From: Azolla caroliniana
Taxonomy: Eukaryota; Plantae; Polypodiophyta
Assembly (NCBI GenBank): GCA_043228905.1
Contig: JBHGNT010000024.1
Location: 372,001-436,000 of the forward strand
Direction of reading: 5' to 3'
Length of the DNA: 64,000 nucleotides
Each line of letters begins with the position of its first letter. Positions within the stretch are counted from its first letter, which is position 1. Below are positions 1 through 11,633 of the stretch, piece by piece. The translations under genes and the position numbers were made by a program. The notes under the pieces were generated by a model. That model saw nothing but the letters and a program-made list of their open reading frames with translations, did not search any database and was not told where the DNA came from.

Positions 1-712
1 TGTTCATACCTGGCTGGTGTGATATCGGATTTTTGTGTTCAAACATGCAAATCGAAGCTAACAACGCTAGCTATGATATGGAATTAAAAAATCAAGAATT
101 TGAAACTCAGGTCGAGAGACATGACGAAAATAGCAAACTTGAGGAGGGAGTTGAGAGGAGCCCTTGAGTAAATTAAAATGTTCATACCTAGCTCGTGTGA
201 TATCGGATTTTTGTGTTCAAACATGCAAATCGAAGCTAACAACGCTACCTATGATATGGAATTAAAAAATCAAGATTTTCAAACTCAGCTCGAGAGACAT
301 GACGAAAATAGCAAACTTGAGGAAGGAGTTGAGAAGAGCTAGTAGGTCAATTAAAATGTTCATACCTGGCTCGTGTGATATCCGATTTTTGTGTTCAAAC
401 ATGGGAATCGAAGCTAACAACGCTAGCTATGATATGGAATTAAAAAATCAACATTTTGAAACTCATGTCGAGAGATGTGACGAAATTACCAAATTTGAGG
501 AGTGATTTGAGAGGAGCCCTTGAGTAAATTAAAATGTTCATATCGGGCTCGTGTGATATCGGATTTTTGTGTTCAAACATGCGAATCGAAGCTAACAACG
601 CTACCTATGATATGGAATTAAAAAATCAAGAATTTGAAACTCAGGTCGAGAGACATGATGAAAATAGCAAACTTGAGGAGGGAGTTGAGAAGAGCCCTTG
701 AGTAAATTAAAA

Positions 713-922
713 TGTTCATATCGGGCTCGTGTGATATCGGATTTTTGTGTTCAAACATGCGAATCGAAGCTAACAACGCTACCTATGATATGGAATTAAA
801 AAATCAAGAATTTGAAACTCAGGTCGAGAGACATGATGAAAATAGCAAACTCAGGTCGAGAGACATGACGAAAATAACAAACTTGAGGAACGAGTTGAGA
901 AGAGCTAGTAGGTAAATTAAAA
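713..922 (+). repeat. 210-bp variant monomer (extra 32 bp)
   Basis: AAACTCAGGTCGAGAGACATGATGAAAATAGC (815-846) is followed by AAACTCAGGTCGAGAGACATGACGAAAATAAC (847-878). The next monomer starts at 923. Confidence 0.97.
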
Positions 923-2702
923 TGTTCATACCTGGCTCGTGTGATATCGGATTTTTGTGTTCAAACATGTGAATCGAAGCTAACAACGCTAGCTATGATA
1001 TGGAATTAAAAAATCAAGATTTTGAAACTCAGGTCGAGAGATGTGACGAAATTACCAAATTTGAGGAGTGATTTGAGCGGAGCCCTTGAGTAAATTAAAA
1101 TGTTCATATCGGGCTCGTGTGATATCAGATTTTTGTGTTCAAACATGCAAATCGAAGCTAACAACGCTACCTATGATATGGAATTAAAAAATCAAGATTT
1201 TTAAACTCAGGTCGAGAGACATGATGAAAATAGCAAACTTGAGGAGGGAGTTGAGAAGAGCCCTTGAGTAAATTAAAATGTTCATACCTCGCTCGTGTGA
1301 TATCGGATTTTTGTGTTCAAACATGCGAATCGAAGCTAACAACGCTAGCTATGATATGGAATTAAAAAATCAAGATTTTTAAACTCAGGTCGAGAGACAT
1401 GACGAAATTACCAAATTTGAGGACTGAGTTGAGAAGAGCTAGTAGGTAAATTAAAATGTTCATACCTAGGTCGTGTGATATCGGATTTTTGTGTTCAAAC
1501 ATGCGAATCGAAGCTAACAACGCTACCTATGATATGGAATTAAAAAATCAAGATTTTGAAACTCAGGTCGAGAGACATGACGAAAATAGCAAACTTGAGG
1601 AAGGAGTTGAGAGGAGCCCTTGAGTAAATTAAAATGTTCATACCTGGCTCGTGTGATATCGGATTTTTGTGTTCAAACATGCGAATCGAAGCTAACAACG
1701 CTACCTATGATATGGAATTAAAAAATCAAGAATTTGAAACTCAGATCGAGAGATGTGACGAAATTACCAAATTTGAGGAGTGATTTGAGAGGAGCCCTTG
1801 AGTAAATTAAAATGTTCATATCGGGCTCGTGTGATATCGGATTTTTGTGTTCAAACATGCAAATCGAAGCTAACAACGCTACCTATGATATGGAATTAAA
1901 AAATCAAGATTTTTAAACTCAGGTCGAGAGACATGATGAAAATAGCAAACTTGAGGAGGGAGTTGAGAAGAGCCCTTGAGTAAATTAAAATGTTCATACC
2001 TGGCTGGTGTGATATCGGATTTTTGTGTTCAAACATGCAAATCGAAGCTAACAACGCTAGCTATGATATGGAATTAAAAAATCAAGAATTTGAAACTCAG
2101 GTCGAGAGACATGACGAAAATAGCAAACTTGAGGAGGGAGTTGAGAGGAGCCCTTGAGTAAATTAAAATGTTCATACCTAGCTCGTGTGATATCGGATTT
2201 TTGTGTTCAAACATGCAAATCGAAGCTAACAACGCTACCTATGATATGGAATTAAAAAATCAAGATTTTCAAACTCAGCTCGAGAGACATGACGAAAATA
2301 GCAAACTTGAGGAAGGAGTTGAGAAGAGCTAGTAGGTCAATTAAAATGTTCATACCTGGCTCGTGTGATATCCGATTTTTGTGTTCAAACATGGGAATCG
2401 AAGCTAACAACGCTAGCTATGATATGGAATTAAAAAATCAACATTTTGAAACTCATGTCGAGAGATGTGACGAAATTACCAAATTTGAGGAGTGATTTGA
2501 GAGGAGCCCTTGAGTAAATTAAAATGTTCATATCGGGCTCGTGTGATATCGGATTTTTGTGTTCAAACATGCGAATCGAAGCTAACAACGCTACCTATGA
2601 TATGGAATTAAAAAATCAAGATTTTGAAACTCAGGTCGAGAGACATGATGAAAATAGCAAACTTGAGGAGGGAGTTGAGAAGAGCCCTTGAGTAAATTAA
2701 AA

Positions 2703-2912
2703 TGTTCATATCGGGCTCGTGTGATATCGGATTTTTGTGTTCAAACATGCGAATCGAAGCTAACAACGCTACCTATGATATGGAATTAAAAAATCAAGAA
2801 TTTGAAACTCAGGTCGAGAGACATGATGAAAATAGCAAACTCAGGTCGAGAGACATGACGAAAATAACAAACTTGAGGAACGAGTTGAGAAGAGCTAGTA
2901 GGTAAATTAAAA
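2703..2912 (+). repeat. 210-bp variant monomer
   Basis: Same 32-bp doubled segment and GGAACGAG tail as the copy at 713. Confidence 0.97.
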
Positions 2913-5900
2913 TGTTCATACCTGGCTCGTGTGATATCGGATTTTTGTGTTCAAACATGTGAATCGAAGCTAACAACGCTAGCTATGATATGGAATTAAA
3001 AAATCAAGATTTTGAAACTCAGGTCGAGAGATGTGACGAAATTACCAAATTTGAGGAGTGATTTGAGAGGAGCCCTTGAGTAAATTAAAATGTTCATATC
3101 GGGCTCGTGTGATATCGGATTTTTGTGTTCAAACATGCAAATCGAAGCTAACAACGCTACCTATGATATGAAATTAAAAAATCAAGATTTTTAAACTCAG
3201 GTCGAGAGACATGATGAAAAGAGCAAACTTGAGGAGGGAGTTGAGAAGAGCCCTTGAGTAAATTAAAATGTTCATACCTCGCTCGTGTGATATCGGATTT
3301 TTGTGTTCAAACATGCGAATCGAAGCTAACAACGCTACCTATGATATGGAATTAAAAAATCAAGATTTTTAAACTCAGGTCGAGAGACATGACGAAATTA
3401 CCAAATTTGAGGACTGAGTTGAGAAGAGCTAGTAGGTAAATTAAAATGTTCATACCTGGCTCGTGTCATATCGGATTTTTGTGTTCAAACATGCGAATCG
3501 AAGCTAACAACGCTACCTATGATATGGAATTAAAAAATCAAGATTTCGAAACTCAGGTCAAGAGACATGACGAAAATAGCAAACTTGAGGAGGGAGTTGA
3601 GAGGAGCCCTTGAGTAAATTAAAATGTTCATACCTGGCCCGTGTGATATCGGATTTTTGTGTTCAAACATGCAAATCGAAGCTAGCAACGCTAGCTATGA
3701 TATGGAATTAAAAATTCAGGATTTTGAAACTCAGGTCGAGAGATGTGACGAAATTACCAAATTTGAGGAGTGATTTGAGAGGAGCCCTTGAGTAAATTAA
3801 AATGTTCATACCTGGCTCGTGTGATATCGGATTTTTGTGTTCAAACATGCGAATCGAAGCTAACAACGCTAGCTATGATATGGAATTAAAAAATCAAGAT
3901 TTTGAAACTCATGTCGAGAGATGTGACGAAATTACCAAATTTGAGGAGTGATTTGAGAGGAGCCCTTGAGTAAATTAAAATGTTCATATCGGGCTCGTGT
4001 GATATCGGATTTTTGTGTTCAAACATGCGAATCGAAGCTAACAACGCTACCTATGATATGGAATTAAAAAATCAAGATTTTTAAACTCAGGTCGAGAGAC
4101 ATGACGAAATTACCAAATTTGAGGACTGAGTTGAGAAGAGCTAGTAGGTAAATTAAAATGTTCATACCTGGCTCGTGTCATATCGGATTTTTGTGTTCAA
4201 ACATGCGAATCGAAGCTAACAACGCTACCTATGATATGGAATTAAAAAATCAAGATTTTGAAACTCAGGTCGAGAGACATGACGAAAATAGCAAACTTGA
4301 GGAGGGAGTTGAGAGGAGCCCTTGAGTAAATTAAAATGTTCATACCTGGCCCGTGTGATATCGGATTTTTGTGTTCAAACATGCAAATCGAAGCTAGCAA
4401 CGCTAGCTATGATATGGAATTAAAAAATCAGGATTTTGAAACTCAGGTCGAGAGATGTGACGAAATTACCAAATTTGAGGAGTGATTTGAGAGGAGCCCT
4501 TGAAGAAATTAAAATGTTCATATCGGGCTCGTGTGATATCGGATTTTTGTGTTCAAACATGCAAATCGAAGCTAACAACGCTACCTATGATATGGAATTA
4601 AAAAATCAAGATTTTTAAACTCAGGTCGAGAGACATGATGAAAATAGCAAACTTGAGGAGGGAGTTGAGAAGAGCCCTTGAGTAAATTAAAATGTTCATA
4701 CCTGGCTGGTGTGATATCGGATTTTTGTGTTCAAACATGCAAATCGAAGCTAACAACGCTAGCTATGATATGGAATTAAAAAATCAAGAATTTGAAACTC
4801 AGGTCGAGAGACATGACGAAAATAGCAAACTTGAGGAGGGAGTTGAGAGGAGCCCTTGAGTAAATTAAAATGTTCATACCTAGCTCGTGTGATATCGGAT
4901 TTTTGTGTTCAAACATGCAAATCGAAGCTAACAACGCTACCTATGATATGGAATTAAAAAATCAAGATTTTTAAACTCAGGTCGAGAGACATGACGAAAT
5001 TACCAAATTTGAGGACTGAGTTGAGAAGAGCTAGTAGGTAAAATAAAATGTTCATACCTAGCTCGTGTGATATCAGATTTTTGTGTTCAAACATGCGAAT
5101 CGAAGCTAACAACGCTACCTATGATATGGAATTAAAAAATCAAGATTTTGAAACTCAAGTCGAGAGACATGACGAAAATAGCAAACTTGAGGAAGGAGTT
5201 GAGAGGAGCCCTTGAGTAAATTAAAATGTTCATACCTGGCTCGTGTGATATCGGATTTTTGTGTTCAAACATGCGAATCGAAGCTAACAACGCTAGCTAT
5301 GATATGGAATTAAAAAATCAAGAATTTGAAACTCAGGTCGAGAGATGTGACGAAATTACCAAATTTGAGGAGTGATTTGAGAGGAGCCCTTGAGTAAATT
5401 AAAATGTTCATATCGGGCTCGTGTGATATCGGATTTTTGTGTTCAAACATGCGAATCGAAGCTAACAATGCTACCTATGATATGGAATTAAAAAATCAAC
5501 ATTTTGAAACTCAGCTCGAGAGACATGACGAAAATAGCAAACTTGAGGAAGGAGTTGAGAAGAGCTAGTAGGTCAATTAAAATGTTCATACCTGGCTCGT
5601 GTGATATCCGATTTTTGTGTTCAAACATGGGAATCGAAGCTAACAACGCTACCTATGATATGGAATTAAAAAATCAACATTTTGAAACTCATGTCGAGAG
5701 ATGTGACGAAATTACCAAATTTGAGGAGTGATTTGAGAGGAGCCCTTGAGTAAATTAAAATGTTCATATCGGGCTCGTGTGATATCGGATTTTTGTGTTC
5801 AAACATGTAAATCGAAGCTAACAACGCTACCTATGATATGGAATTAAAAAATCAAGATTTTTAAACTCAGGTCGAGAGACATGACGAAATTACCAAATTT

Positions 5901-8279
5901 GAGGACTGAGTTGAGAAGAGGTAGTAGGTAAATTAAAATGTTCATACCTGGCTCGTGTCATATCGGATTTTTGTGTTCAAACATGCGAATCGAAGCTAAC
6001 AACGCTACCTATGATATGGAATTAAAAAATCAAGATTTTGAAACTCAGGTCGAGAGACATGACGAAAATAGCAAACTTGAGGAGGGAGTTGAGAGGAGCC
6101 CTTGAGTAAATTAAAATGTTCATACCTGGCCCGTGTGATATCGGATTTTTGTGTTCAAACATGCAAATCGAAGCTAGCAACGCTAGCTATGATATGGAAT
6201 TAAAAAATCAAGATTTTGAAACTCAGGTCGAGAGATGTGACGAAATTACCAAATTTGAGGAGTGATTTGAGAGGAGCCCTTGAGTAAATTAAAATGTTCA
6301 TACCTGGCTCGTGTGATATCGGATTTTTGTGTTCAAACATGCGAATCGAAGCTAACAACGCTAGCTATGATATGGAATTAAAAAATCAAGATTTTGAAAC
6401 TCATGTCGAGAGATGTGACGAAATTACCAAATTTGAGGAGTGATTTGAGAGGAGCCCTTGAGTAAATTAAAATGTTCATATCGGGCTCGTGTGATATCGG
6501 ATTTTTGTGTTCAAACATTCCAATCGAAGCTAACAACGCTACCTATGATATGGAATTAAAAAATCAAGATTTTTAAACTCAGGTCGAGAGACATGATGAA
6601 AATAGCAAACTTGAGGAGGGAGTTGAGAAGAGCCCTTGAGTAAATTAAAATGTTCATACCTGGCTCGTGTGATATCGGATTTTTGTGTTCAAACATGCGA
6701 ATCGAAGCTAACAACGCTACCTATGATATGGAAATTAAAAATCAAGATTTTTAAACTCAGGTCGAGAGACATGACGAAATTACCAAATTTGAGGACTGAG
6801 TTGAGAAGAGCTAGTAGGTAAAATAAAATGTTCATACCTAGCTCGTGTGATATCAGATTTTTGTGTTCAAACATGCGAATCGAAGCTAACAACGCTACCT
6901 ATGATATGGAATTAAAAAATCAAGATTTTGAAACTCAGGTCGAGAGACATGACGAAAATAGCAAACTTGAGGAAGGAGTTGAGAGGAGCCCTTGAGTAAA
7001 TTAAAATGTTCATACCTGGCTCGTGTGATATCGGATTTTTGTGTTCAAACATGCGAATCGAAGCTAACAACGCTAGCTATGATATGGAATTAAAAAATCA
7101 AGAATTTGAAACTCAGGTCGAGAGATGTGACGAAATTACCAAATTTGAGGAGTGATTTGAGAGGAGCCCTTGAGTAAATTAAAATGTTCATATCGGGCTC
7201 GTGTGATATCGGATTTTTGTGTTCAAACATGCGAATCGAAGCTAACAATGCTACCTATGATATGGAATTAAAAAATCAACATTTTGAAACTCAGCTCGAG
7301 AGACATGACGAAAATAGCAAACTTGAGGAAGGAGTTGAGAAGAGCTAGTAGGTCAATTAAAATGTTCATACCTGGCTCGTGTGATATCCGATTTTTGTGT
7401 TCAGAATGGGAATCGAAGCTAACAACGCTAGCTATGATATGGAATTAAAAAATCAACATTTTGAAACTCATGTCGAGAGATGTGACGAAATTACCAAATT
7501 TGAGGAGTGATTTGAGAGGAGCCCTTGAGTAAATTAAAATGTTCATATCGGGCTCGTGTGATATCGGATTTTTGTGTTCAAACATGTAAATCGAAGCTAA
7601 CAACGCTACCTATGATATGGAATTAAAAAATCAAGATTTTTAAACTCAGGTCGAGAGACATGACGAAATTACCAAATTTGAGGAGTGATTTGAGAGGAGC
7701 CCTTGAGTAAATTAAAATGTTCATATCGGGCTCGTGTCATATCGGATTTTTGTGTTCAAACATGCGAATCGAAGCTAACAACGCTACCTATGATATGGAA
7801 TTAAAAAATCAAGATTTTGAAACTCAGGTCGAGAGACATGACGAAAATAGCAAACTTGAGGAGGGAGTTGAGAGGAGCCCTTGAGTAAATTAAAATGTTC
7901 ATACCTGGCCCGTGTGATATCGGATTTTTGTGTTCAAACATGCAAATCGAAGCTAGCAACGCTAGCTATGATATGGAATTAAAAAATTAAGATTTTGAAA
8001 CTCAGGTCGAGAGATGTGACGAAATTACCAAATTTGAGGAGTGATTTGAGAGGAGCCCTTGAGTAAATTAAAATGTTCATATCGGGCTCGTGTGATATCG
8101 GATTTTTGTGTTCAAACATGCAAATCGAAGCTAACAACGCTACCTATGATATGGAATTAAAAAATCAAGATTTTTAAACTCAGGTCGAGAGACATGATGA
8201 AAATAGCAAACTTGAGGAGGGAGTTGAGAAGAGCCCTTGAGTAAATTAAAATGTTCATACCTGGCTCGTGTGATATCGG

Positions 8280-10160
8280 ATTTTTGTGTTCAAACATGCG
8301 AATCGAAGCTAACAACGCTACCTATGATATGGAATTAAAAAATCAAGATTTTGAAACTCAGGTCGAGAGACATGACGAAATTACCAAATTTGAGGAGTGA
8401 TTTGAGAGGAGCCCTTGAGTAAATTAAAATGTTCATACCTGGCTCGTGTGATATCGGATTTTTGTGTTCAAACATGCGAATCGAAGCTAACAACGCTAGC
8501 TATGATATGGAATTAAAAAATCAAGAATTTGAAACTCAGGTCGAGAGATGTGACGAAATTACCAAATTTGAGGAGTGATTTGAGAGGAGCCCTTGAGTAA
8601 ATGAAAATGTTCATATCGGGCTCGTGTGATATCGGATTTTTGTGTTCAAACATGCGAATCGAAGCTAACAATGCTACCTATGATATGGAATTAAAAAATC
8701 AACATTTTGAAACTCAGCTCGAGAGACATGACGAAAATAGCAAACTTGAGGAAGGAGTTGAGAAAAGCTAGTAGGTCAATTAAAATGTTCATACCTGGCT
8801 CGTGTGATATCCGATTTTTGTGTTCAAACATGGGAATCGAAGCTAACAACGCTAGCTATGATATGGAATTAAAAAATCAACATTTTGAAACTCATGTCGA
8901 GAGATGTGACGAAATTACCAAATTTGAGGAGTGATTTGAGAGGAGCCCTTGAGTAAATTAAAATGTTCATATCGGGCTCGTGTGATATCGGATTTTTGTG
9001 TTCAAACATGTAAATCGAAGCTAACAACGCTACCTATGATATGGAATTAAAAAATCAAGATTTTTAAACTCAGGTCGAGAGACATGACGAAATTACCAAA
9101 TTTGAGGACTGAGTTGAGAAGAGGTAGTAGGTAAATTAAAATGTTCATACCTGGCTCGTGTCATATCGGATTTTTGTGTTCAAACATGCGAATCGAAGCT
9201 AACAACGCTACCTATGATATGGAATTAAAAAATCAAGATTTTGAAACTCAGGTCGAGAGACATGACGAAATTACCAAATTTGAGGAGTGATTTGAGAGGA
9301 GCCCTTGAGTAAATTAAAATGTTCATACCTGGCTCGTGTGATATCGGATTTTTGTGTTCAAACATGCGAATCGAAGCTAACAACGCTAGCTATGATATGG
9401 AATTAAAAAATCAAGAATTTGAAACTCAGGTCGAGAGATGTGACGAAATTACCAAATTTGAGGAGTGATTTGAGAGGAGCCCTTGAGTAAATGAAAATGT
9501 TCATATCGGGCTCGTGTGATATCGGATTTTTGTGTTCAAACATGCGAATCGAAGCTAACAATGCTACCTATGATATGGAATTAAAAAATCAACATTTTGA
9601 AACTCAGCTCGAGAGACATGACGAAAATAGCAAACTTGAGGAAGGAGTTGAGAAAAGCTAGTAGGTCAATTAAAATGTTCATACCTGGCTCGTGTGATAT
9701 CCGATTTTTGTGTTCAAACATGGGAATCGAAGCTAACAACGCTACCTATGATATGGAATTAAAAAATCAACATTTTGAAACTCATGTCGAGAGATGTGAC
9801 GAAATTACCAAATTTGAGGAGTGATTTGAGAGGAGCCCTTGAGTAAATTAAAATGTTCATATCGGGCTCGTGTGATATCGGATTTTTGTGTTCAAACATG
9901 TAAATCGAAGCTAACAACGCTACCTATGATATGGAATTAAAAAATCAAGATTTTTAAACTCAGGTCGAGAGACATGACGAAATTACCAAATTTGAGGACT
10001 GAGTTGAGAAGAGGTAGTAGGTAAATTAAAATGTTCATACCTGGCTCGTGTCATATCGGATTTTTGTGTTCAAACATGCGAATCGAAGCTAACAACGCTA
10101 CCTATGATATGGAATTAAAAAATCAAGATTTTGAAACTCAGGTCGAGAGACATGACGAAA
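8280..10160 (+). repeat. Tandem 5-mer duplication (890 bp)
   Basis: Private variants GTAAATGAAAATG (~8600, ~9490) and GAGAAAAGCT (~8765, ~9655) repeat at 890 = 5x178. Confidence 0.9.
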
Positions 10161-11633
10161 ATAGCAAACTTGAGGAGGGAGTTGAGAGGAGCCCTTGAGT
10201 AAATTAAAATGTTCATACCTGGCCCGTGTGATATCGGATTTTTGTGTTCAAACATGCAAATCGAAGCTAGCAACGCTAGCTATGATATGAAATTAAAAAA
10301 TCAAGATTTTGAAACTCAGGTCGAGAGATGTGACGAAATTACCAAATTTGAGGAGTGATTTGAGAGGAGCCCTTGAGTAAATTAAAATGTTCATATCGGG
10401 CTCGTGTGATATCGGATTTTTGTGTTCAAACATGCAAATCGAAGCTAACAACGCTACCTATGATATGGAATTAAAAAATCAAGATTTTTAAACTCAGGTC
10501 GAGAGACATGATGAAAATAGCAAACTTGAGGAGGGAGTTGAGAAGAGCCCTTGAGTAAATTAAAATGTTCATACCTGGCTCGTGTGATATCGGATTTTTG
10601 TGTTCAAACATGCGAATCGAAGCTAACAACGCTACCTATGATATGGAATTAAAAAATCAAGATTTTTAAACTCAGGTCGAGAGACATGACGAAATTACCA
10701 AATTTGAGGACTGAGTTGAGAAGAGCTAGTAGGTAAATTAAAATGTTCATACCTAGGTCGTGTGATATCGGATTTTTGTGTTCAAACATGCAAATCGAAG
10801 CTAACAACGCTACCTATGATATGGAATTAAAAAATCAAGATTTTGAAACTCAGGTCGAGAGACATGACGAAAATAGCAAACTTGAGGAAGGAGTTGAGAG
10901 GAGCCCTTGAGTAAATTAAAATGTTCATACCTGGCTCGTGTGATATCGGATTTTTGTGTTCAAACATGCGAATCGAAGCTAACAACGCTACCTATAATAT
11001 GGAATTAAAAAATCAAGAATTTGAAACTGAGGTCGAGAGATGTGACGAAATTACCAAATTTGAGGAGTGATTTGAGAGGAGCCCTTGAGTAAATTAAAAT
11101 GTTCATATCGGGCTCGTGTGATATCGGATTTTTGTGTTCAAAAATGCGAATCGAAGCTAACAACGCTACCTATGATATGGAATTAAAAAATCAAGAATTT
11201 GAAACTCAGGTCGAGAGACATGATGAAAATAGCAAACTTGAGGAGGGAGTTGAGAAGAGCCCTTGAGTAAATTAAAATGTTCATACCTGGCTCGTGTGAT
11301 ATCGGATTTTTGTGTTCAAACATGCGAATCGAAGCTAACAACGCTACCTATAATATGGAATTAAAAAATCAAGAATTTGAAACTCAGGTCGAGAGATGTG
11401 ACGAAATTACCAAATTTGAGGAGTGATTTGAGAGGAGCCCTTCAGTAAATTAAAATGTTCATATCGGGCTCGTGTGATATCGGATTTTTGTGTTCAAACA
11501 TGCAAATCGAAGCTAACAACGCTACCTATGATATGGAATTAAAAAATCAAGATTTTTAAACTCAGGTCGAGAGACATGATGAAAATAGCAAACTTGAGGA
11601 GGGAGTTGAGAAGAGCCCTTGAGTAAATTAAAA

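Larger units (their letters stand above)
1..3440 (+). repeat. Local higher-order duplication, offset 1990 bp (11 monomers including one 210-bp monomer)
   Basis: The rare variant GGCTGGTGT occurs in monomers 1 and 1991, and GATTTTCAAA in monomers 179 and 2169. 210-bp monomers lie at 713 and 2703. 1990 = 10x178+210. The match breaks down near 3447. Confidence 0.9.

Noticed and set aside
1-178. Tandem 5S rRNA, tRNA, snRNA or spliced-leader gene unit
   Set aside because: No recognisable 5S/tRNA sequence, Pol III A/B/C boxes or cloverleaf is present in the monomer.
141-181. GAGGAGG upstream of ATG as a ribosome-binding site, or G-rich tract as a G-quadruplex
   Set aside because: The motif is ~30 bp from the ATG with no real ORF. 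There is only one GGG run, which is insufficient for a canonical G4.
7363-7539. Single 177-bp monomer with TTCAGAATGGG
   Set aside because: A one-off small indel and substitution that is not propagated. It may be a private mutation or a consensus error.
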